From: Octopus sinensis
Taxonomy: Eukaryota
NCBI RefSeq assembly: GCF_006345805.1
Contig: NC_042998.1
Location: forward strand, 156,302,001-156,366,000
DNA: 64,000 nt
Reading direction: 5' to 3'
The translations under genes were made by a program, and so were the position numbers. A model generated the notes under the pieces. That model had not been told where the DNA came from and searched no databases. It saw only the letters and a list, made by a program, of their open reading frames with translations. Below are positions 25,542 to 38,612 of the stretch, one piece after another (the stretch's first letter is position 1; every line of letters starts with the position of its first letter).

Positions 25542-25816
25542 GATTTTGATTTTGATTTTGATTTTACCAGTTTCAGCTAATGAGCTGTGGCCATGCTGGG
25601 GCACCGCCATTTGGTTTGCTACACGGTTTTACCTCACGGATGCTTTTTAGCAAACGCCATCTGATGCATGGGAGAGTTCGATGCAGCTACCCTCATCTGC
25701 ACCTCCTGCCGTGAAGTTGGTTCATCCGGGACACCTGACAGGAAGAGATCCAGTCCTACTTTAAAGACATCCGCATCTACACCATGCAGGTCCCTCAGGT
25801 TCTTCGGGAGGATATT
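25542..25816 (-). mobile_element. Identical duplicate of the family A 3' fragment
   Basis: Same sequence and same truncation point as 24670-24944, offset 872 bp. Confidence 0.9.
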
Positions 25817-25819
25817 ATG

Positions 25820-25851
<32 letters not shown>

Positions 25852-26000
25852 TGTATGTATATATATATTATATATGTATATATATTATATATATATGTAT
25901 ATATATGTATATATATATATGTATATATATATGTATATATATTATGTATATATATATGTATATATATATGTATATATATGTATATATATATATGTTATAT

Positions 26001-26052
<52 letters not shown>

Positions 26053-26123
26053 GTATATGTATATATATATATGTATATATGTATATATATATGTATATAT
26101 ATATATATATGTATATATGTATA

Positions 26124-26421
26124 TCACGTGATCACGTGACCGACCAGACCATCAGATGTTGCTACACATCGCTGGTCACAATGCACTTCGCATTGTTTTA
26201 GCCTTCGAATGATGCCACCCTGCTTGCTAAGCAACAGAAGAAAGATTGAGAAAAAGAGTGGTGAAAGAGTACAGCAGGGATTACCACCCCCTGTCGGAGC
26301 CACGTGGAGCTTTTAGGTGTTTTCGCTCAATAAACACACACAACGCCCGGTCTGGGAATCGAACCCGCGATCCTCCGACCGCGAGTTCGCTGCCCTAAAC
26401 ACTGGGTCATTGCGCCTCCAC
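26124..26421 (-). mobile_element. tRNA-headed SINE with (CACGTGAT)n tail
   Basis: A-box-like TGACCCAGTGTTTAGG and B box GGTTCGATTCC on the minus strand; flanked by TA arrays. Confidence 0.85.
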
Positions 26422-26433
26422 ATATATATAATA

Positions 26434-26520
<87 letters not shown>

Positions 26521-26530
26521 GTATATATAC

Positions 26531-26594
<64 letters not shown>

Positions 26595-26595
26595 C

Positions 26596-26640
<45 letters not shown>

Positions 26641-26725
26641 ACTTAGAATAACTTAGAAAGGTTTTGGCCAGTATTGGCCCAGGCCATGTCTAACTTAATA
26701 GCACCACCTGGTGAAGTCTTTCAGT

Positions 26726-29700
26726 TCAGGATTTGGGCACCAAGGCCCATTCGAGCAGAGAGTTATTGTTTGCGGAGACATATCCGGGTGTGGGTGGTTT
26801 GTCCGGTACTGTTTGAAGGAATTTGTCCAAAGACTTCTTGAATTTTGTGTGGTCAGTTTCTTTTTTGACGTGCCCTGGTGTAATGTTGAAGAGAGCAGGT
26901 GCAATTGAGGTGAAATAGTTGTGCCGTATTGTCGTTATGTGATGCGATTTAGATTTTTGTTGTGGACGGATGGCACGTGGTCCAAGCCTTGGATGCATTT
27001 TGAAGGTGATGCCAACATCATTCGGACAGTGCTGGTGGAATATTTTCCACATCATACAGATAATGTAGCGTTCACGGCGTCGTTGGAGTGAATACAATTT
27101 CAGCTTCTCTAGTCTACCCCAGTAGTCACGGTCTGACATGCCATCTATCTTTTTTGTGATTGACCTTTGGGGAGCTTCAATTCTCATAATATTTTGTTTT
27201 GTGTAGGGAGACCACAGTGGACAGCAGTATTCAAGGTGGGGTCGGGCAAAAGTGGAGAAGAGAAGGATAATAGCGTGGGAATCTCTCGACTGGAAGGTTC
27301 TGAGAATCCAGGAACACATTCTGCGGGCCATGTCAACTTTGCTGCTTATATGTGTAGCCCAGCTTATGTTGTTGTCCACTGTTACTCCCAGGTCTCAGAT
27401 GTTGTTGGATGCCATGAGAATTTCTCCAGAAGGAAGAGAGTATGGGAGTTTCAGAGCGTCCTCCCTTCCAAAGTGGATCAGTTCAAATTTGTCTTCATTT
27501 AGCAACATGTTATTCTTTTCCGCCCTTGGACAACAGCCAGTAGGTCTGACTGAAGGTTTATTCGGTCATCCACGCCATTGATGACCTTCTGGAGCTTGGA
27601 GTCATCAGCGAAGGTTCTGATGTTACTGTGTTTGATGGTATCAGTAATATCATTTATGTAGATGATGAAGAGAAGTGGGCCCAACACAGTGCCTTGTGGG
27701 ACACCACTGCTGACTTTGGCTGGGCTGGATTTGACTCCTTCGACTACAACATGTTGGGTTCTGTTAGACAGGAAGCACTTGATCCACTGCAGCAACTTTC
27801 CAGTGATACCAATATTGGACAGCTTTCTCAGAAGGATCTTATGATCAACCCTGTCAAAGGCTTTGCTGAAATCAAGGTAGATGACATCAGTGTTGGAACC
27901 TTCTCCCAAGGCTCTCAAAATGTCATCAAAATGATGCAGTAGCTGCGTCAGGCAATCTCTCCCATTACGGAATCCATGCTGGTTGGGGTTCAGCATATTA
28001 TGCCTCTCAAGGAAGTGAGTCATACGCGATCTCAGCACCCTCTCAAATACCTTGATGATATGAGAGGTGAGTGAGATTGGACGGTAATTCACGGCAAGCG
28101 ATTTGTTTCCTTTTTTGAAAACTGGGACACAGACTGGGATAGAAGGTCCTCTGGTATATATCCAGCATCCAGTGAGTTCCGCCACAGATTGGCTAGAGGG
28201 GGTGCAAGTTGGTTTTGACACATCTTCAAGACACAAGCAGGGAACCTATCGGGACCTACTGCTGAATTATGCTTCATTTCCTTTATTGCTGCTAAGACAT
28301 CAGGAGTGCCAAATGTTATGTCCGATAAAGTGTATTGGGGAGTAACATCACTGATACAGCCCAGATCAGTCATATCAGGATTGCTGAAAACAGAGCAATA
28401 TTGTTTCTGCAATATCTCTCCCATGGTTTTGGCATTGTCTTGAAGAGTACCATTTTCATCAATCAGAGGGCCAACAGTAGAACCAGTGACTCTGTGTTTT
28501 TTTGCAAATGAAAAGAACACTTTGGGATTGAGTTTGATCTTCTCAATGGCCCAGGCCTCTTCAGCTCTTCGCTGACTATTGATGATAGACATCATGTTTT
28601 TTGGTGTTATGTTTTTTAATCTCTAGCGACGAGATGGCAGTCAGGTTGGTGTGTTGCTGTGTTGACAGTATTTCAGCATGTTGATCTTTTTGTTGATTCT
28701 TTTAATTTTCCTTATGAGAGATTTCTATTTCTAGGGATTCGACACTTAGATTTGTTTGCAGATCTTAATGGGGTGTGTCTTGCACATATGTTCGTGATGG
28801 TGTCTACAAGTGACTGCCAGGACTTTTTAATGTTAGTGGGTGTGTATGTGTGCGTGAAGGACCAATCGACTTGTGCAAGATCATTATTGATCGCTTCCCA
28901 GTTTGCATTGTGGAAATCCATAGTGTCAAATGGATGAACAGGAGGGATGACATTTGTTTTGCATTTTGGCCAGTGAAATCTCAGATCACAGAGAACCATG
29001 TCATGGTCGGAGAGTAGGGTTTTCTCCACTGCAATATTGTGGATAGTATCAGTGTGATTGCTGAAAATTAAGTCTAAGACGTTTTTGTGACATCTCGTTG
29101 GTTCGAGTACCAGTTGGGACAAGAAGAAGTCATCCATGAAGTCAAGAAGCGATTCCACTGCCTCCCTGTCAGGGGTTGAGAGAGAAGAACCTGGCGGCAG
29201 ACTGTTTGTAGACCAGTCAACCCCGGGAAGGTTGAAGTCTCCCATCATTAAAATGTTGTCAGGTTGACACTGCTGAATGAAACACTTTATGCTGTTGAGG
29301 CATTCCTTAAGCATGGTAGGGGCGTTTGGGGGGTGGTCTGTAGAGCCCAACTACTGTTAAGTTGTTGGTTTGACTGAATACAGCGACTACTTCGCAGTAT
29401 CCATTCGAAAATATGTTCATGGCTTCTGTTGAGAATGAATCATGGACATAAATGGCAGTCCCACCCTTTCTTCTGCCAGCACGATCAGCACGAATGGTTT
29501 TGAAATTTTTAACTTTCACCTCGGCTTCCAAGTGGAGGTCACTAAGATGTGTTTCAGTGAGGACGAAGAAAGGGATGTGGTTTGGATGGGCCTCGACCCA
29601 GTCCTCCAGGAATCTTATCTTCCATTTTTGTGTATTGGTGGAAGGGCTGATGCTTTGGGCATTAAGCAGAAATGTTGAGGCGAGAGTGGATGGTTTTAAT

Positions 29701-29822
29701 TGTTTTGGTGATTTGTTTATTTGATTGCTTTTTAATGGCATGTGCAGTGGGGTATTTGTGGTGGATGGTGGTGGGTGATAGCTCGGATGTTTTTTTTCCA
29801 GTTCTTTTGCTAGATTCATCAT
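26726..29822 (-). CDS. Family C ORF2 APE-RT (five pieces, frameshifted)
   Basis: ORFs 29307-29822, 28712-29350, 28089-28595, 27499-28236 and 26726-27379. Confidence 0.88.
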
Positions 29823-30943
29823 AGCTAAAAAAGAGGAAGGAAGGTGGTTTCCTGTCTAGGGAACCGCAGGTGACTGTGGCCGCGGCTATTTTTATGTGAG
29901 TGTTATCTTTAAATGTCCGACGAGTCCCCGGGAGATGGGTAAAGGGGCAATCCCTGTGCAGACACAATCTGTCTCGCTGGGAATAGCGGCAGATTTGGGG
30001 ATTCCTTGTTTGAGATATTGGTGGTTGTGGTGGTGTTGTATTATGGTGGTTGCTGTTGTAGTTTGTGGGGGGATAGAGCGTTTTGTTCCAGGTAAATGGG
30101 TGAATTTGCAGTCTCTATCAGTGCACAGTCTATGGCGAAGAGAATATCGGCAAATGATGGGGTTTCGAGTGGGTGTGTAGGTGCGTGTGTGTGTGTGAGT
30201 TGTGAAAGGTGTAGATGATAGTTTGTTGAAGTTTTGGCGACCTTTGTGACCTGTAGGAGGTAAATTCCTTGAGATAGCATTAGTAGTAGTAGTTGTAGTA
30301 GTAGGTAGAAGAGATGTTGACAGTGGTAATGATTGAGGAGGTCGATTCCAAGACAAAGATGTTTGTCGATACATAGTTGGAGCTGTACTAGTAGTAGTAA
30401 GCAGAGGAGATGGTGTTGACACTGATGATGATTGAGCTGCTGGGGCAGTGAAAGGAAGGGGTGGTGCTTCCTGCTGTGTGACCCTGATGACTGGGGGGTC
30501 AATCGTTTCGTTTAGCAAATCTGCCATTGTAGATGAATCGAGGAGTGGTTCATCCTGTTGTTGTTGCTGTATCTGTTGTTGTTGCCGCTGAGTTTGTTGT
30601 TGAGGTTGTTGTTGTTGTTGCTGTAGCTGTTGTTGTTGTTGTTGCCGCTGAGTTTGTTGTTGTTGAGGTTGTTGTTGTTGCGCCGGTGATGCGTTCGAAG
30701 AGAAAACACATCTCAGTTTATCGAAGTGTTTATTTATTAATTTAAAAGCAACTTCGATTTGTTTTAATTTATTTTGTATCTGCTGTTCAGATCGAGTTTG
30801 CAAATGGTGAACTGCTCGTTTAGCAATTTCGTTCAGATACGAAGCACCTATGCTCTCTGTTTCGGTAAGGCCATGCCATGTGTTGAGAAGAACGTCGACT
30901 TCATTATCAGACCAGTTTTTGTTGGATTTTTGGTGCTAGCCAT
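29662..30943 (-). CDS. Family C ORF1: Myb/SANT-like, polyQ and two CCCH fingers (frameshifted)
   Basis: Manual translation upstream of ORF 29892-30803 gives NWSDNEVDVLLNTW...EIAKR...RSEQQIQNKLKQIE. Fingers CRYSLRHRLCTDRDCKFTH and ..CLHRDCPFTH. Confidence 0.7.
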
Positions 30944-31360
30944 TCTGGTTGATATGTTTTATTAATTTTATTTTGTTCGTTTGTTTTTGTTGATTACTTT
31001 TAATTATTATTATTTTTTTTTAAGGAGAAGTATGTAGAATTGATTGTACAGAATGTTTGCTGTAATACTGAGAAGTTTGTATTTGAATTATGAGCTTGTA
31101 GTTATTTTATCTTTCTTTTCTTTTCTTTTTTTCCCTCTTTTTCTAATTTTTAATGTGTGGGTGATCCTTTAGTTATCAGAAGGTGTTTGAAAATATTTGG
31201 TCGTTTGAAAATTATGAAAATAGTTTGTGGTTAAGGAAAAGTCTACTCACGAGTTGGGAAAAAGCGTGGTTTCAAATATACAGGAATATATGTGATGGTC
31301 AATTACGACGAATGTAGCTGTGAAGCTTGCTGCTGACCGGCGCAGAGAGGAGTAAAAAAC

Positions 31361-32083
31361 ATATATATATATATATATATGTATACATATATATACACAT
31401 ATATGTATATATGTATACATTTATATATATACATATATGTATATATGTATACATATGTGTATATACATATATGTATATATGTATACATATGTGTATATAC
31501 ATATATGTATATATGTATACATATGTATATATACATATATATATATGTATACATATGTATATATACATATATATATATATGTATACATATATATATACAT
31601 ATATGTATATATGTATACATATATATATATATGTATGTATATATATGTATAATATATATATATATGTTATATATGTATGTATATATATGTATATATATAT
31701 GTATATATATGTATGTATATATATATGTATATGTATGTATATATATATTATGTATATATATATTATATATATATATGTATATATATGTGTATATATATAT
31801 GTATATATATATATATATTTGTATATATATTGTAATATATATATATAAGTATATATATATATATATATGTATATGTATATATATATATGTATATATATAT
31901 GTATATGTTATATATATGTAATATATATGTATATGTACATATATATATGTATATATGTATATATATATGTATATATATATAGATATGTATATATATATAC
32001 ATATATATATGTACATATATACATATACATATATATATTATATACATATATATATTATACATACTATATATAATAACATATAT
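31361..32083. repeat. (TA)n compound microsatellite
   Basis: Directly visible. Confidence 0.95.
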
Positions 32084-33477
32084 AAAAAATTGAGGGAGAT
32101 AAATTATATTAAGTTTAATATCAATTTAAAACCATAGTCCCGCATTCAAAAAATCTGAGGAGTCAGAGAAAATTCAAATATATGTGTATATTGGCAGGGC
32201 TGGCCTCCTAGGTAGCCGGCCAGAATGCTAGAAAATAGATCATAAACGATCAAACTACAAGGAAGTTCTCTAGAGGAAGAATTCAGCGAACACCAGAACC
32301 AAATTTGGCGTGCAGGACATATGAAAAATAAATAAAATAAAAAACAGACTTAATGCATACCTCGGTTTCGGTCTTAACAAAAGAATTACTTGCATAATTC
32401 AAGTGTCCGTGACTTCTTCAGTACATTCGGTCCTCGAGATGCAACTGAAAGACTAACCCCAGCTCTCTGTGTCAAGACAGACACGTGCTTAGTCTTACTG
32501 ATTACATCGGAATAAAATTTCAAATGTCTTGGTTCCGGCGCGCTAATAGACTCCTGAAGCGAAGGGCTGCAGTGAATAATTCACTGCGGGTAAAGCTTAC
32601 TGCTAGGGAACGTATTTATTTAAATATTTAAAAAATTGAGGGAGATAAATTAATATTAATTTTAATATCAATTTAAAACCAGTAGTCCAGCATTCAAAAA
32701 ATCTGAGGAATCTATGCAAGTAATTCTTTTGTTAAGACCGAAACCGAGGTATGCATTTAAGTCTGTTTTTTATTTTATTTAATTTTTCATATGTCCTGCC
32801 CGCCAAATTTGGTTCTGGTGTTCGCTGAATTCTTCCTCTAGAGAACTTCCCTTGTAGTTTGATCGTTTATGATCTATTTCTAGCATTCTGGCCGGCTACC
32901 TAGCAGGCCAGCCCTGCCAATATACACATATATTTGAATTTTCTCTGACTCCTCAGATTTTTTGAATACTGGACTACTGGTTTTAAATTGATATTAAAAT
33001 TAATATTAATTTATCTCCCTCAATTTTTTAAATATTTAAATAAATACGTTCCCTAGCAGTAAGCTTTACCCGCAGTGAATTATTCACTGCAGCCCTTCGC
33101 TTCAGGAGTCTATTAGCGCGCTGGAACCAAGACATTTGAAATTTTATTCCCGATGTAATCAGTAAGACTAAGAACGTGTCTGTCTTGACACAGAGAGCTG
33201 GGGTTAGTCTTGCGGTTTGCATCTCGAGGACCGAATGTACTGAAGAAGTCACGGACACTTGAATTATGCAAGTAATTCTTTTGTTAAGACCGAAACCGAG
33301 GTATGCATTTAAGTCTGTTTTTTATTTTATTTAATTTTCATATGTCCTGCCCGCCAAATTGGTTCTGGTGTTCGCTGAATTCTTCCTCTAGAGAACTTCC
33401 CTGTATTTGATCGTTTATGATCTATCTCTTTCTAGCATTCTGGCCGGCTACCTAGCAGGCCAGCCCTGCCAATATAC
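32084..33477. ncRNA. Inverted pair of about 550-bp tandem units with type I hammerhead folds (retrozyme/PLE-like)
   Basis: Left arm 32084-32709 and right arm 32713-33477 are reverse complements of circularly permuted units. HHR on minus at 32352-32427 and on plus at 33234-33309; half-HHR at 32713-32757. Confidence 0.78.
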
Positions 33478-33663
33478 TTATATACATATATATATATATA
33501 CATATATACATATACATATATACATATATAGTATATACATATATATATACACATATATAAATACATATATATATACACATATATATATATACACATATAT
33601 AACACATATATATATACACATATATATATACACATATATATATATACATATACATATATACAC

Positions 33664-33695
<32 letters not shown>

Positions 33696-33799
33696 TTACA
33701 ATATATATATATTATATATATACATATATACACATATATAATATATACATAATATATATAAACACATATACACATATATATATATATACATATATATAC

Positions 33800-33847
<48 letters not shown>

Positions 33848-33865
33848 ACATATACATATATTACA

Positions 33866-33950
<85 letters not shown>

Positions 33951-33969
33951 TTATACATATATATATATA

Positions 33970-34995
33970 CTAGCTAGCAGTATCGCCCGGCGTTGCTCGA
34001 ATTTCTAAGGGACTTAACTATATAAACATTTTTAGTGAGTTACTTCCCTTATAGATGCCAATTCGGGCTTTCTTAGCCATTTCTGTTTTGGTGTCTTCAA
34101 GCCATGAAGTCGTTGTTCTAAAAGAACGCTGGTCTCATTGACAAATCTTTACGACGTTGAATTCCTTACACTCCCTTCCCCACAGCTTCACGAGGGAGGG
34201 AAGAAGGGGGAGAAGCAAACAGGTGCAGGTGTGACCATGGACGCCAACTCCGCCGCCATCGACACACGAAAAATTATGCATTAAAATGGAATAAAAAATG
34301 ATGTTAAATTATTTTTAAAATCGTAGACTCATCGTAGACGCGCGCTAATACTCCGACGGGCTCGATATGAATCACGACTATAAGATACCCTAATTTGGTT
34401 AAACTGCACCGCAATGTGGGAGTAGTTAGGAATCTAAATCGAAGGGGACAGACACTCACGCAACTACAGTTTTATATATATAGACTAGCAGTATCGCCCG
34501 TGTTGCTCGGGTTTGTAAGGGAAATAACTATATAAGCATTTTTAGAGAGTTACTTCCCTTATAGATGCCAATTCGGGCTTTCTTAGCCATTTCTGTTTTG
34601 GTGTCTTCAAGCCATGAAGTCGTTGTTCTAAAAGAACGCTGATCTCCTTGACAACGTATTACGACGTTGATTTCTTTACACTCCCTTCCCCACAGCTTCA
34701 CGAGGGAGGGAAGAAGGGGGAGAAGCAAACAGGTGCAGCTGTGAGCGTGGACGCCAACTCCACCGCCATCGACACACGAAACATTATGCATTAAAATGGA
34801 ATAAAAAATAATGTTAAATTATTTTTAAAATCGTAGACTCATCGTTGACGCGCACTAATAGCGAGACGGGCTCGATATGAATCACGACTATAAGATACCC
34901 GAATTTGGTTAAACTGCACCGCAAAATTTGGGAGGAGTTAGGAATCTAAATCGAAGGGGACAGACACTCACACAACTAGAGATTTATATATATAT
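33970..34995 (+). mobile_element. Two tandem 511-bp Helentron-associated (HINE/DINE-1/Lep1-like) non-autonomous elements
   Basis: Units start CTAGCAGTATCGCCCG..GTTGCTCG at 33974 and 34485, and end ...GACAGACACTCAC.CAACT..TTTATATAT. Architecture recognised from recall. Confidence 0.55.
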
Positions 34996-35196
34996 ATATA
35001 TAATATATATAACACTACAAAATTAGAGAATGGAGAAATATACTTAAATCAGTAAAACATCACTATCTGATGATACTCATCCATACTTTATACACCATTA
35101 CATATGAGTGTAGGCAATACATAAATGAAATGAGATATACGGTAATAGTACAAGATAAAGAGATATAAGTAAAAAATTTAAATATAATATGCAAAT

Positions 35197-35319
35197 AAAT
35201 CAAACTGACAGCTGTTTCGGCAGTGAGGACAGTCATACCTCATTTAACCTATAAGCCATAAAAGGCAGGTATAATGAGGCATTAACAGGATGCCCCACGG
35301 CCTCTTCAGAGAATTAATT
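35197..35319 (-). ncRNA. Type I hammerhead fold with very long stem II, in an AT-rich PLE-like remnant
   Basis: CUGAAGA-GGCCGUGGGG...CCUCACUGCC-GAAAC-AGCU-GUC. Stem I is weak. Confidence 0.6.
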
Positions 35320-35888
35320 AATTTGTTATAATAGTGAAAAATATTATACAATCATAACATCATATAATATAAAATAAAAATGTAAAATATAAAAACTTAC
35401 ACTCATAAAGCTACACTTATATAATATATACACATTTGTACAAAAAGGAAGGTAAACAGAACAAAATAAAACAAAAATAATAATAGTGTATATATAATAT
35501 CATAAGTACCGATATTATACATATTTGGCTAATAGTTTTTTTTATATATATGAAAAGGCTAACATATATGGAGATGAAATAATATTAAATCCGTGGTACA
35601 GTTCATAAGATTCTAAAGCTATAAAAGTTAATAAAAAAATTACGATATAATAATAATAATAATAATCATAATAATAATAATATAATAATAATAATAATAA
35701 TATAATATAAAAAATAATAATAATAATAAAAAAAATAATAAAAAATATAATAAAAATAGATACAGTTAAGTTAGCACCAAGTCCATTCCTTAAAGATCGA
35801 ATAACTATGAGTTAAGAAATGCTGACCACTAGGTAAGAAAATATAGATTAATTCGATTGCTATTGGTTTGAAATTAAATCACAAAAGA

Positions 35889-35908
35889 AAATATATATAT
35901 ATATATAT

Positions 35909-35954
<46 letters not shown>

Positions 35955-36359
35955 TATATACATATATATATATAAGATATATATATATATACATATATCT
36001 ATATATATATATATATAGATATTAATTATAACATATATATAAATATAAGTATATATAATATATATCATATATATATATATATATACATATATATAGATAT
36101 ATTATATATATACATATACATATACATATATATAGATATATATATATATAATACATATACATATACATATATATATATACATATACTATATATATATATA
36201 TAATATATATATACATATACCATATATATACATATATATATTTATATATTATATATTATATATAATATTATATATATTATATAATATATATATATATTAT
36301 ATATATACATATACATATATATTATATATACATATATATATATATATACATATACACAC

Positions 36360-36409
<50 letters not shown>

Positions 36410-36410
36410 C

Positions 36411-36470
<60 letters not shown>

Positions 36471-36831
36471 CATATACATATATATATATACATATACATA
36501 TATATATATACAATACATATATATATGTATATATATATATAGTATATATATATATATATATATAATATACATATATATATACATATACATATTATATATA
36601 TATAATATACATATATATACATATACATATATATATATACATATACATATATATATACATATACATATAAATATACATATACATATATATCTATATATAC
36701 ATATACATATATATATATATACATATACATATATAGATATATATATACATTACATATGTATATATATACATATACATATATATATATAATATATATATAT
36801 ATACATAACATATATATATACATATACATAT

Positions 36832-36896
<65 letters not shown>

Positions 36897-36971
36897 ATAT
36901 ATATACATATACATATACATATATATATACATCATATACTATATATATATATATATACATATACATATACA

Positions 36972-37027
<56 letters not shown>

Positions 37028-37062
37028 GTATATATACATATACATATATATATTATACATAT

Positions 37063-37094
<32 letters not shown>

Positions 37095-37095
37095 C

Positions 37096-37168
<73 letters not shown>

Positions 37169-37479
37169 CATATACATATATATATACATACTACATATAT
37201 ATAATACAAATACATATATATATATATGTATATATATATAAGTATATATATATATATATATATATAATATACATATATATATACATATACATATATATAT
37301 ATATATATACATATATATACATATACATATATCTATATACATATACATATATATATATACATATAATATATATATATACATATACATATATATATATATA
37401 TATATATACATTAATATATATATATATCATATACATATATATATATATATACATATACAATATGTATATATATATATAC

Positions 37480-37527
<48 letters not shown>

Positions 37528-37531
37528 ATAC

Positions 37532-37573
<42 letters not shown>

Positions 37574-37582
37574 TATACATAT

Positions 37583-37616
<34 letters not shown>

Positions 37617-37663
37617 AATATATACATATACATATACATATATATATATACATACATATCCAT

Positions 37664-37694
<31 letters not shown>

Positions 37695-37707
37695 CATATA
37701 TATATAT

Positions 37708-37747
<40 letters not shown>

Positions 37748-37835
37748 CATATACATATAATATATATATAATTATATATATCTATATATATAATATATAT
37801 ATATATATACATTATATATATATAATATATTATAT
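35889..37835. repeat. About 1.95 kb (TA)n/(TACA) compound microsatellite
   Basis: Directly visible. Confidence 0.95.
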
Positions 37836-38531
37836 AAAAGGGCTTAGTAAAATAATTACTTTGCCGCATACTGAACTCATTAGCAATAGCAGCTAAAAAC
37901 TTTTTTAAGGCTATTTCTAATACTTAAAGAAAATCTCTCTCATATATAGTGTTTGCATAATTTAACTCACAAAGTTTGGGGTAATGACATCGAAAATCAA
38001 ATGCTAAGGTTATTCGAGAACGTACGTTTCAAGATTAGTCAAAACACATTTCTATCATCGGCTCGGAAATTCCTTGGTTTGGATTTGGAAACACTGAAAA
38101 TAAGACATACCCTCTCTCGAAGATCTGCTCCCACTAACAGTGTCAACAAATTCAAAATAAGCAAGCGAAGAATCTCTGTTCTCCCCTTTCCACCAGCGTG
38201 GGTTAAAATCATCAAACTCTATGCTTATTTCGGTAAGTCCAAGCATTAATCAGAGGGAGATTAATTATAATTTCAACAATTAAGGGCAAAATTAATTAAT
38301 TATTAATCAATTTCACCAGTGTTCAGTATGCAAAGGGACCATTCAAGGGAATTCAAATTATTACATTATAACTGCTATTTCTAATGAGTTCAGTATGCGG
38401 CAAAGTATTTATTTTACTAGCCCTTTCTATAATGTAATAATTTGAATTCACCTTGAATGGTCCCTTTGCATACTGAACACTTGGTGAATTGATTAATAAT
38501 TAATTAATTTTGCCCTCAATTGTTGAAATTA
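37836..38531 (-). mobile_element. Decayed hammerhead-bearing unit related to 51412-52319, with inverted terminal segment
   Basis: Shares AAGGG..TTAG..A(G/C)AATAGCAG and GAAACGTACGT. Decayed HHR at 38013-38068. 104-bp inverted repeat at 38267-38370 / 38428-38531. Confidence 0.65.
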
Positions 38532-38533
38532 TA

Positions 38534-38599
<66 letters not shown>

Positions 38600-38612
38600 C
38601 ATATACATATAT

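Larger units (their letters stand above)
26639..31360 (-). mobile_element. CR1/L2-like LINE family C, apparently full length (about 4.7 kb)
   Basis: 5'UTR, ORF1, APE (TETHL, GDFNLP, SDHD) and RT (YRPISLTS, QHGFR, YLDFSKAFD, PQGTVLGP, FADD). Tail (TTCTAAGTTA)n. TA arrays on both sides. Confidence 0.92.

Noticed and set aside
26160-26235. HDV-like ribozyme in the SINE tail (also 14480-14561)
   Set aside because: Two helices can be drawn, but there is no room for P3/L3/P1.1 or P4; the fold is incomplete.
26330-26421. tRNA gene
   Set aside because: A and B boxes are present, but there is no complete cloverleaf and it continues into a SINE body and tail.
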